From contig JAQVDW010000051.1 of assembly GCA_028698185.1 (NCBI GenBank), positions 1 to 6,816 of the forward strand: a stretch of DNA of 6,816 nt. Reading direction: 5' to 3'. A program made the translations under genes and the position numbers. Positions 1-6,097 of the stretch are shown one piece after another; positions within the stretch are counted from its first letter, which is position 1; each line of letters opens with the position of its first letter. Below the pieces are notes generated by a model that worked only from the letters and a program-made list of their open reading frames with translations, was not told where the DNA came from and did no database searches. This DNA comes from Erysipelotrichaceae bacterium. GTDB taxonomy: Bacteria; Bacillota_I; Bacilli_A; Erysipelotrichales; Coprobacillaceae.

Positions 1-27
1 CATAAAGCCTTTTTTGGTAGATGACAT
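1..27 (-). CDS. 5' end (9 codons, MSSTKKGFM...) of an unidentified divergently transcribed gene that continues past the left edge
   Basis: Minus-strand ATG at 27..25 is preceded by AGGGAG (complement of 34-39) with a 6-nt spacer. The frame stays open to position 1. Too short to identify a product. Confidence 0.35.
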
Positions 28-50
28 AATTGTCTCCCTCTCTAAATAGA

Positions 51-80
51 TTTATAGTGCATGTTTGTCATATGTGATAA
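51..80 (-). promoter_or_regulatory. Candidate sigma-A promoter for the leftward gene (TTATCA-N18-TATAAA)
   Basis: On the minus strand the -35-like TTATCA is the complement of 75-80 and the -10 TATAAA is the complement of 51-56. The spacer is 18 nt, and the -10 lies about 10 nt upstream of the SD of the leftward gene. Confidence 0.3.
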
Positions 81-99
81 CCGGTTTCATTTGACAAAC
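63..99. promoter_or_regulatory. Inverted repeat GTTTGTCA-N21-TGACAAAC (candidate operator) enclosing an AACCGGTT palindrome
   Basis: Positions 63-70 (gtttgtca) are the exact reverse complement of 92-99 (tgacaaac). A perfect 8-bp palindrome aaccggtt sits at 79-86. The repeat lies in the divergent intergenic region and overlaps the candidate leftward promoter. Confidence 0.3.
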
Positions 100-177
100 T
101 AAGCATAGCACATCAAAGAATCACTTTGCAAGAATAAATTTATTTTTTTGAATCATCTTTCATTTTTAAAATGAACG

Positions 178-186
178 TGCTATAAT
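178..186 (+). promoter_or_regulatory. Extended -10 promoter element TGCTATAAT for the ceramidase-fold gene
   Basis: tgc+tataat at 178-186 is a TGnTATAAT match. The upstream tract (130-170) is AT-rich, and GGAGG at 194-198 follows. The only -35 is weak (tttcat, 158-163, 17-nt spacer). Confidence 0.4.
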
Positions 187-205
187 CAATGGCGGAGGTA
201 CCGTT

Positions 206-1399
206 ATGGAAATAGGTTATAATAAAATGAACATCACACCCGACCACAGCGTCGCAATGGCTGGATACAGCCGTAAAAGCAAATCAACCGGGGTCATTGA
301 TCCTATTGAAATCAATACAATAATCATCAAAATAGGCAAAAAAAGTCTTGTCATCAGCATGCTCGATGCCATCATAATCGAGGATTGTGTCATCCAGCCA
401 GTCAAACGGATTATCAACGAAAAATACAGTTTGGCCGACCAGAATGTCATTGTCGGCTGTATCCACACCCATTCGGCTCCAGCCTACTTCAAACCGTTTT
501 TTGAAGAAGTTGATGTCGAGCAGGAACTTCAGCAGGAACTGATAGAACAGTTCGTTGCCAGCATCGATGGCGCCTTTGCCAGCTTGCAGGAGGCCAGCCT
601 CAAGATTAGCCAGGTTGAAATCGAAGAGCTGTATGGCAACCGCAACAAAATGAATGGCTATTCAGACAAGAACCTGACCAGACTTGATTTTAGCAATGGT
701 CAAACAAAAATTTGCACCGTCCTGGCCCTATCATGCCATCCCACAATACTAAACGGTGCTAATACAGAACTTTCAGCCGATATTTTTGGCGCCATCCGCC
801 AGAAATATCAGGCAATCTACGGCAATCCCTGCATGGTCATCAACGGAGCTGCCGGCGATGTTTCGACCCGCTTCTACCGCCAGAAAGAAGGCGTAGAAGA
901 AATTGCCCGGTTCACTAGAGAATTGTTCAGCCAATTTTCCAACATGAAAGATATGCCTTTGCGAATAGATGACATCAAATCAGCCCAGGTAATAAGGGAA
1001 TATGAATTTTATGGCCAGGATGAATTCACACGCAGCGAGATCAAACGAATTGAATCCCTAATCGATCCCAAATTTGAGACCGCGTTGTTGCAGGTGCTGA
1101 AATTGAAGCAGGAAAAAAGCCCAATGATATTGAAGTTGACAAGCAACATCATCTTCCTGGGCGATCTGTTGCTCGTGTCACTGCCTGGGGACATCACCTC
1201 CCCGCTTGGAAAAAAAATAAGGGATGCCTTCAAGGACAAGTTCGTGCTTATCATCGGATACACTGAAAACTACTCGAACTATTTTGTGAGTGAACAGGAC
1301 TATGGGAAATACTTCGAAACCTATATCAGCCGCCTGAAAAAAGGGAACGCAGATGATTTTATCGAACAGGTGATTCAGGAGGCAAAAAAATTAAAATAG
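206..1399 (+). CDS. Neutral/alkaline (non-lysosomal) ceramidase-fold hydrolase, short cytoplasmic form (397 aa)
   Basis: GGAGG at 194-198 lies 7 nt before ATG 206. The N-terminus IGYNKMNITPDHSVAMAGY...GVIDPIE resembles the G-x-x-x-ITP...maGY...G..DpL opening of the ceramidase N-terminal domain. GCIHTHSAP (HTHSAP at 464-481) matches the family's H-T-H-S signature, and a second SCHPT motif has its His codon at 737-739. There is no N-terminal signal peptide. The ORF is long and is the only uninterrupted frame here. Confidence 0.7.
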   Translation: MEIGYNKMNITPDHSVAMAGYSRKSKSTGVIDPIEINTIIIKIGKKSLVISMLDAIIIEDCVIQPVKRIINEKYSLADQNVIVGCIHTHSAPAYFKPFFEEVDVEQELQQELIEQFVASIDGAFASLQEASLKISQVEIEELYGNRNKMNGYSDKNLTRLDFSNGQTKICTVLALSCHPTILNGANTELSADIFGAIRQKYQAIYGNPCMVINGAAGDVSTRFYRQKEGVEEIARFTRELFSQFSNMKDMPLRIDDIKSAQVIREYEFYGQDEFTRSEIKRIESLIDPKFETALLQVLKLKQEKSPMILKLTSNIIFLGDLLLVSLPGDITSPLGKKIRDAFKDKFVLIIGYTENYSNYFVSEQDYGKYFETYISRLKKGNADDFIEQVIQEAKKLK

Positions 1400-1401
1400 T
1401 T

Positions 1402-1428
1402 TTGCATCACCATTCTTTTTGATATAAT
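1402..1428 (+). promoter_or_regulatory. Candidate internal promoter for the RpiR gene (TTGCAT-N15-TATAAT with TG extension)
   Basis: ttgcat at 1402-1407 and tgatataat at 1420-1428 (TGnTATAAT). The spacer is short (15 nt), but the extended -10 compensates. SD GAGGGGG at 1445-1451 lies downstream. Confidence 0.4.
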
Positions 1429-1459
1429 GGTTGTAGATAGAACCGAGGGGGAAAAATCA

Positions 1460-2209
1460 ATGAATCCATTAGACAAGATTGAAATCCAAAAAGACACCTT
1501 TACCAAAAAGGAACTGATAATCTACGATATCCTTAAAGATAATCCAGATTTGATCTTGCGGGGTTCATTGAGTTCCATCTCGAAAAAATACAAAGTCTCG
1601 CAATCGACCATCACCAGATTCTGCCAGAAGCTTGGCTATGATGGATTCAACGAGTTCAAGTTTGATGTATTCCGCTTCGAGAAACAAGGCAGCGAGAGTA
1701 GGATTGAAAACGACACGCTCCTAAGCAATTACTGCCAGCTCATCGGCATTCTTGACGACACTTTGGACTACGACAAGATGAACAAACTTGCAGGTGATAT
1801 CATTAGGTCCGACAGCGTGATTGTCACCGGAGCCCATAAAAGCTCTTTGCCTGCCAAGATGATGCAATACAACCTGTTCAAAATCGGAAAAAAGGCTATC
1901 TTCATATCCAATGACGAGATGCAGGAGATGCCACATATCGCCACCAAAGACGATCTGGTATTGATCTTCACCAACAGCGGCAACGGCCTGGAAGCATTCA
2001 AGGCGACATTGAAGGAATCCAAGAACAAGATCAATTTCAACCTGGCCGTTATCACCATGAACAACAAGCTTTCAATCAAGAACCGCTGCGACAACTACAT
2101 CTGGGTACCCTCTTCATCGAACCAGAACTTCGACCAATACCTGGAAAACCAGATCATGTTTTTCCTATATATCGATGTGCTGACATCGCAGATCAGCAAG
2201 CTTTTGTAA
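1460..2209 (+). CDS. RpiR/MurR-family transcriptional regulator (N-terminal HTH_6, C-terminal SIS sugar-phosphate-binding domain)
   Basis: The HTH region is SISKKYKVSQSTITRFCQKLGYDGFNEFKF. The SIS-like core is VIVTGAHKSSLPAKMMQYNLFKIGKKAIFISNDE...DLVLIFTNSGNG. I prefer ATG 1460 (MNPLDK...) because GAGGGGG lies 8 nt upstream. The track start at 1427 overlaps the TATAAT box and has no SD. Confidence 0.8.
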   Translation: MNPLDKIEIQKDTFTKKELIIYDILKDNPDLILRGSLSSISKKYKVSQSTITRFCQKLGYDGFNEFKFDVFRFEKQGSESRIENDTLLSNYCQLIGILDDTLDYDKMNKLAGDIIRSDSVIVTGAHKSSLPAKMMQYNLFKIGKKAIFISNDEMQEMPHIATKDDLVLIFTNSGNGLEAFKATLKESKNKINFNLAVITMNNKLSIKNRCDNYIWVPSSSNQNFDQYLENQIMFFLYIDVLTSQISKLL

Positions 2210-2221
2210 TCAGTTTTCCAT

Positions 2222-2275
2222 ATAAGCAAAAAGTATCCCAGAGCTGATAATTTGCCCGGGATACTTTTTGCTTAT
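2222..2275. terminator. Bidirectional intrinsic terminator-like hairpin (18-bp perfect inverted repeat)
   Basis: ataagcaaaaagtatccc (2222-2239) is the exact reverse complement of gggatactttttgcttat (2258-2275), with an 18-nt loop. The GC core GTATCCC/GGGATAC is flanked by an A-tract on one side and a T-tract on the other, so either strand reads stem + TTTTTGCTTAT. It starts 13 nt after the RpiR stop. Confidence 0.55.
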
Positions 2276-2334
2276 CCAGTCATCACTATGATGGGTGATT
2301 ATGAGATTAAAAAAGTTGATGGTAAACCGCAGAC

Positions 2335-2364
2335 ATCATAACTTGCCTGTGCATCAATTTTCAA
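2335..2364 (-). promoter_or_regulatory. Near-consensus orphan promoter TTGAAA-N18-TATGAT facing the bidirectional terminator
   Basis: On the minus strand TTGAAA is the complement of 2359-2364 and TATGAT is the complement of 2335-2340, with an 18-nt spacer. No credible CDS lies downstream before the hairpin at 2275-2222. Confidence 0.25.
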
Positions 2365-2473
2365 TACCCCACCAAGTTTGAAAAGCAATCCTAATTTGAG
2401 TTGTGTTTTGCTATTGAGCTTGTAAAGACATTGAAGTTGAGAGTCAGACCAGACCTGGCCTCGATTCTTCGGC

Positions 2474-2502
2474 AACATGAAAAGGATGGAGTAATCCATC
2501 CT
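2474..2502 (-). terminator. Rho-independent terminator of the esterase gene
   Basis: The minus strand reads AGGATGGA-TTAC-TCCATCCT (complement of 2483-2502) followed by TTTCATGTTG. The 8-bp stem begins 8 nt after the TAA stop (2512..2510). Confidence 0.6.
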
Positions 2503-2509
2503 CATAGGT

Positions 2510-4135
2510 TTAGTTGTGTTCTTTTTTCAGGTAAACAAGCGCTCCAAGAGCCCCGATTGCCAACAATCCAAACATCATGATGTTTGCCTGGTCACCAGTT
2601 TCAATGACATAACCGTCATCGCCTTTGCCAGCCATATTTTCCGTTTTCACGCCCGTTGCCGACTTGTCTTGCAAGTCATGCTTTGGCGCATCGACAAACG
2701 GCAGGTCGGTTGAAGCGATATTGTAGCGGACATTTGTCGGCAGGTTGCGTCCTAGAGTAGTGTAGTTCAAGACCCCGTTTCTAGTTGTCAGGGTAAATAC
2801 GATATTGCCTGCTTCGTTAAGAGCGACACTTGCAACTTCGATGGTCATCGGCGCCGCTTCAGTCCCAAAGATGCCATATGAGCTAACTCCGGCAGTTACC
2901 AGTCCGGTCGCATCATAGTTGTAGCCAGTGATTGCGAACATGTCTGTTGAAAGCTTGCTCGCATCAACTGATTTGCCGTCCATGTCGATTTCAATGGCCA
3001 CGATCTTTTCACCGGAATTGGTGACTTCACCGATCAGGTTGTAAGCATAGGTATCAACAGCCCCGCTTGCTCCTGCAGTCGGGTTGACCATTTCATCTTT
3101 TTGGTAGCTGTTGGTCGATTCAGCCAGTGAAGTGAACCAGCTGATGGTATCCAAAGACGGATTGGTTGATGCATAGACATCGCCATTGAGCATCTTGATC
3201 CATGACCAGTGTTGTGATCCGAAAGTCTCATCCGGATAGGAAACTTCGTCGATCAGGCCATAATGGATATCACCATCCAGATCATGGCTGTCGCGGTAAT
3301 CATTGATTGAATCATAAGCGTATTGGGTCCATTGGTAGTAGATGGTAGTGTCATAGTACCCGTGAACCAGGAAAATCCCAACATCACTTTGGGCGATGGC
3401 TTCCAGCCAGCTGTCGTAGTTGGCCATGTAAGTGGCATAATCCAAAGGTTTCTTGAAGGTTGTCCCCGTGGTATAAGGATCACCGGCATCAAGATATTCG
3501 GTAGTTGTCGAATAATCGCCACCAAGTCCTTCGACATACTGGTTGTTCTTGGCGATGGCCGCACATGAAATCAAGGCCCCCGAAAAATAATCGCCGTAGC
3601 TTGCCAGCATCCTTTGGCTCATCAAGCCTCCGGCTGAAAGCCCGGCAATGAATACCTGGTCGATACCAAACTCCACCTTGGCCTGGTCGATGATCGCTTT
3701 GGCTTGATTCGTGTAATCGTTGTACCAATAGTCAGGCGCCTGGAAAGCCAATACATAGGCCCCGTGGAATGCCGCCTGGATATCATCTTCCACAAATGTC
3801 GCAGCGAGCCGGTTGGCTGCCAGCTGGGTATAGTTGTTGCTGGCCCCGTCGACTCCGCCTTCACCGTTGCCATGGAACACGACAATCAAAGTGTCCCCGG
3901 ATATCGGTTTGTAGATCTTCGATGCCAGGCTGGTGTAGCTTCCCGGTGTCCCGGCCACATCACTGTAACAGACAAATGCATCATTCGCTGCATCGACAAA
4001 GCCATATGTGTTGGCCGTGCCGGTGTTCTGGATAAAGCTCGATAATACTGTACCCGCATTGACTTGACTTATCGACATCGTCAAGACAATGAGCGCGCTC
4101 AATAGTGAATAAAACGTTTTTTTCATAAATCTCAT
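2510..4135 (-). CDS. Secreted, surface-anchored alpha/beta-hydrolase esterase (541 aa) with an unassigned C-terminal domain and an LPXTG-like tail
   Basis: GGAGG lies 6 nt before ATG 4135. The signal peptide is MRFMKKTFYSLLSALIVLTMSISQVNA|G. The esterase has a nucleophile elbow GLSAGG (3626-3643, Ser codon 3637..3635), an upstream IVVFHGNGEGG strand-turn, a later LVHGYYDTT (Asp candidate) and SQHWSW (His candidate). The C-terminus is VIETGDQAN + IMMFGLLAIGALGALVYL + KKEHN. The substrate class (feruloyl, acetyl or PHB-depolymerase-like esterase) cannot be decided by eye. Confidence 0.8.
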   Translation of the reverse strand: MRFMKKTFYSLLSALIVLTMSISQVNAGTVLSSFIQNTGTANTYGFVDAANDAFVCYSDVAGTPGSYTSLASKIYKPISGDTLIVVFHGNGEGGVDGASNNYTQLAANRLAATFVEDDIQAAFHGAYVLAFQAPDYWYNDYTNQAKAIIDQAKVEFGIDQVFIAGLSAGGLMSQRMLASYGDYFSGALISCAAIAKNNQYVEGLGGDYSTTTEYLDAGDPYTTGTTFKKPLDYATYMANYDSWLEAIAQSDVGIFLVHGYYDTTIYYQWTQYAYDSINDYRDSHDLDGDIHYGLIDEVSYPDETFGSQHWSWIKMLNGDVYASTNPSLDTISWFTSLAESTNSYQKDEMVNPTAGASGAVDTYAYNLIGEVTNSGEKIVAIEIDMDGKSVDASKLSTDMFAITGYNYDATGLVTAGVSSYGIFGTEAAPMTIEVASVALNEAGNIVFTLTTRNGVLNYTTLGRNLPTNVRYNIASTDLPFVDAPKHDLQDKSATGVKTENMAGKGDDGYVIETGDQANIMMFGLLAIGALGALVYLKKEHN

Positions 4136-4153
4136 AATCTTCCTCCCATATGT

Positions 4154-4162
4154 TTATAATCA
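4154..4162 (-). promoter_or_regulatory. Weak candidate extended -10 (TGATTATAA) upstream of the esterase gene
   Basis: The complement of 4154-4162 reads tgattataa, about 10 nt upstream of the SD. There is no good -35. Read-through from the AraC gene is also possible, because no terminator lies in the 63-nt gap. Confidence 0.25.
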
Positions 4163-4198
4163 TATCAAGAGTAAGCGCTTAGTTATTGGTGAATGTTC

Positions 4199-5068
4199 TT
4201 ATTTCGATGATGAAATATTCCGTTTTTTGCGGTATTCGTTCGGGGTCATCGCATAGGCTGCCTTGAACTGGGTGTTGAAGGCCTGGATGTTGGAAAATCC
4301 GCAATTCAATGCTATTTCCACGATTGTCAGCCGGGTTGTCTTGAGTTCATAGAGGCTTTGTTCGAGCCGCTTGTTCTTGAGGTACTCGAATATGGTCAGG
4401 CCCACTTTCTTCTTGAAGACAGTAGCCAGGTAAGTCTTGTTGTAACTGGTAATTTGAGCCAGATCATCAAGGGATATCTTGGTGGCGTAATTGTAGTCGA
4501 TGTATTCCTGGATTGCCAGTACCAAATTGTAGGCGTCATCGTCATGTTTTTCCTGCTGGTACGATCCATCCATAAGCAATTCATTGGCCAGCACTTCCAA
4601 TATTTGCAAGATGGCAATCTTGGCCCCAAGCCTATCGCCTTTTTCCTGAGTGGCGACAGCACGGAGCAACAGGTCGACTATCCTGTTCTTGGCCTGTTCA
4701 TTGCCGGCGAGATCGAACACCCGGTTCTTGCACTGGGGCGCCAGAAAATCGAGATAACTGCGCTCGACAAGCAGCACTATCCCTTCAAGCCCGGCATCGA
4801 CCTGGACGTCATGACTGTCCCCGGAGTTGACAATAAGCAGGGTTCCTTTGGGCGCCTGGACTCTTTTTTTCTTGATGGTCTGGGACTTGCTACCGTTTAC
4901 GACATAGGTGATCTCCACCGAATTGTGCCAATGGTCTTCCATATACACATCGACATCGTAGAAGTTATGGCGCAGCACGTAATGGTCCGATCCCTGGTAG
5001 GAAACCAGCTCATGGTTCTTTATGACATGTCGGGTATGGACATCCTTGTTCGCAGCTGTTTTTCGCAT
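4199..5068 (-). CDS. AraC/XylS-family transcriptional regulator (N-terminal cupin sensor, C-terminal double HTH)
   Basis: The C-terminus ISLDDLAQITSYNKTYLATVFKKKVGLTIFEYLKNKRLEQSLYELKTTRLTIVEIALNCGFSNIQAFNTQFKAAYAMTPNEYRK is a typical AraC HTH pair. The N-terminus HWHNSVEITYVVNG...GTLLIVNSGDSH is a cupin-type AraC ligand domain. I prefer ATG 5068 (MRKTAAN...) because GAGGAG (complement of 5075-5080) lies 6 nt upstream. The track start at 5131 is a TTG with no SD. Confidence 0.8.
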   Translation of the reverse strand: MRKTAANKDVHTRHVIKNHELVSYQGSDHYVLRHNFYDVDVYMEDHWHNSVEITYVVNGSKSQTIKKKRVQAPKGTLLIVNSGDSHDVQVDAGLEGIVLLVERSYLDFLAPQCKNRVFDLAGNEQAKNRIVDLLLRAVATQEKGDRLGAKIAILQILEVLANELLMDGSYQQEKHDDDAYNLVLAIQEYIDYNYATKISLDDLAQITSYNKTYLATVFKKKVGLTIFEYLKNKRLEQSLYELKTTRLTIVEIALNCGFSNIQAFNTQFKAAYAMTPNEYRKKRNISSSK

Positions 5069-5172
5069 TATACTCTCCTCAATTGAATATGTTTCCCAAT
5101 ACTTGGCGGGACCTCTCCTCATTTGGGACAATCCCGCTATAATTTTGAACTTTCATACCGATATACGATTGT

Positions 5173-6040
5173 TGAATTCTACCAGAAAAACCTTGTGGCT
5201 TCTAATAGTTGCCCGCCACGATACCTGTTTTCCACCACTTCCGCGGGGCCTGCCAAGATGACTAGACCTTGTTTCAATCTTGGCGTTGGCTTTAGGTATT
5301 CGATTCAAAGCGGGACCCGTATCAAGGAGCTGGAATAAAAATTATCCGATAAATTGGCCGAATCTGGTACTCAACCAGGTCAGCTTTTTGCTATTCCGAT
5401 GCGGACGATCGTTGTTGTGGTCTGCCATATCCATCTTGATTTTTCGTTCTAATTCGGTAAAGCTGCCGATTTAACCAATATCACAGATCCATATTTGGAA
5501 AATACTCCTTCCGCGTTCTTGTCGGCCAAACAATCCTCGCCCGTGAGGTACTTGAATTCCCTGGTACAGGTTATTCCCTTGCTGGAGACACAATCGACGC
5601 GTGTATTGTTCTGGCGTTGGTTGCTTTGGGCCGTTGCGAAAGTGGACTTGATCGCTGTTAATTCCTCGAGATATTATCATTGTATAGTAAAAGACCAATG
5701 AATCCAAACACATTTTTTTATGACGTGACCGAATCCATTGGTCCACTTAAACTTTCTCTTTTCAGTAGCCGCTGTTCATTTTGTAAAACGTGATGAATGA
5801 ATTATCAGAATTCACAAAGAATCCTGCCAACCAAGCCCCCAGCCAAGAAGCATTAATCCGTTTTCCAACTTGTGGAATTGGAGCGCAACCATCCTATCCT
5901 TATCCGCCATTTTCATATCCAAGTCAAGACCATCATGGCAGCCATAGCATAATTGAAGCCTAAAAATTATACGCAGCGGCAATGTTCGTTGATCTTTCCA
6001 GAATCTGTCCGGAGGCTCAAACAATGCCGAACCTAACAAG
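5173..6040 (-). mobile_element. Degenerate, 5'-truncated IS3-family (IS150-group) insertion sequence remnant; boundaries approximate
   Basis: The region contains the decayed orfB described in the next feature. The plus strand at 5173 begins TGAATTCTACCAGAAAAACC, which resembles the TGxA...-type termini of IS3-family elements. That end is from memory, no partner IR is available for comparison, and it is low confidence. No orfA or left end is present upstream of about 6040. Confidence 0.4.
5322..6016 (-). pseudogene. IS3-family DDE (rve) transposase orfB pseudogene with multiple frameshifts, stops and an internal deletion
   Basis: Hand translation of the minus strand gives collinear fragments in shifting frames, in the order they occur in IS150-type OrfB: IAAAYNF (about 5983), YGCH (5946..), KDRMVALQFHKLENGL (5901..5854), HVLQ (5792..5781), ATEKRKFKWT (5772..5740), MDSVTS (about 5735), LLLYNDNIS (5693..5667), NSDQ (5659..5648, the HSDQG-type second catalytic Asp region), GIQVPHGRG (5560..5534), DCLADKNAEGVFSKYG (5535..5488), FTELERKIKMDMADHNNDRPH (5461..5399) and VEYQ (5375..5364). 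Only about 3 codons separate LYNDNIS from NSDQ, against about 35 in intact relatives, which implies a deletion. Confidence 0.55.
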
Positions 6041-6046
6041 CTTGAA

Positions 6047-6065
6047 GGGCCATCAGCGATGGCCC
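6047..6065 (-). terminator. GC-rich hairpin downstream of the SGNH fragment (possible terminator)
   Basis: gggccatc (6047-6054) and gatggccc (6058-6065) form a perfect 8-bp stem with a 3-nt loop, 33 nt after the stop at 6098. The trailing T-tract on the minus strand is poor (TTCAAGCTTGTT). Confidence 0.3.
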
Positions 6066-6097
6066 ACAGGAGTTGGAAAATTCAAATTACACACAAA

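Noticed and set aside
217-472. Minus-strand ORFs of 83 aa and 62 aa, plus 1009-1263 (84 aa), inside the ceramidase-fold gene
   Set aside because: These are antisense shadow ORFs within a well-supported coding region, with no SD and no motifs.
1427-1459. Track-predicted start of the RpiR gene at ATG 1427
   Set aside because: The ATG overlaps the TATAAT box of the candidate promoter and has no SD. ATG 1460 is preceded by GAGGGGG.
2288-2341. 17-codon plus-strand mini-ORF (MMGDYEIKKVDGKPQTS) just after the bidirectional terminator
   Set aside because: It has no SD and no upstream promoter. It is hydrophilic, unlike type I toxins, and has no supporting context.
2299-2505. 68-aa minus-strand ORF between the convergent genes
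   Set aside because: It has no SD before the ATG at 2505. The start lies just past the 3' arm of the esterase terminator (2495-2502), so the stem is translated. The protein has no recognisable features.
2516-4163. Numerous 60-113-aa ORFs on both strands inside the esterase gene (for example 3704-4045 +, 3253-3564 -, 3622-3885 -)
   Set aside because: They are alternative-frame or antisense shadows of a 541-aa ORF that has a signal peptide, a catalytic motif and an anchor. None has an SD or a recognisable domain. Their Arg/Pro/Trp-rich composition is typical of off-frame translation.
4358-5086. 242-aa plus-strand ORF
   Set aside because: It lies entirely antisense to the well-supported AraC-family gene, has no SD and no recognisable motifs, and has a low-complexity V/L/G-rich composition typical of shadow ORFs.
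5069-5131. Track-predicted N-terminal extension of the AraC gene (TTG start at 5131)
   Set aside because: The TTG has no SD. The extension covers a hairpin and a decoy SD-like repeat. ATG 5068 has a GAGGAG at ideal spacing and gives a normal-length AraC protein.
5290-5320. tRNA T-arm-like strings (ggtattcgattc) and a ccaccac string near 5232-5238 suggestive of a tRNA or tmRNA 3' end
   Set aside because: No acceptor or anticodon stem complementarity could be built around them. They fall inside or next to the transposase remnant.
5132-6097. Possible large structured non-coding RNA (OLE, ROOL or GOLLD-like, ORF-less group II intron, tmRNA or RNase P) in the ORF-free kilobase
   Set aside because: I saw no group II domain V-like hairpin or GUGYG 5' end, no GAGGAAAGUCC RNase P box, and no tmRNA tag or CCACCA-type 3' end in context. 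The minus strand instead yields a collinear set of IS3-family transposase motifs, so a pseudogene is the more economical explanation. A cmscan run would be needed to exclude an RNA completely.
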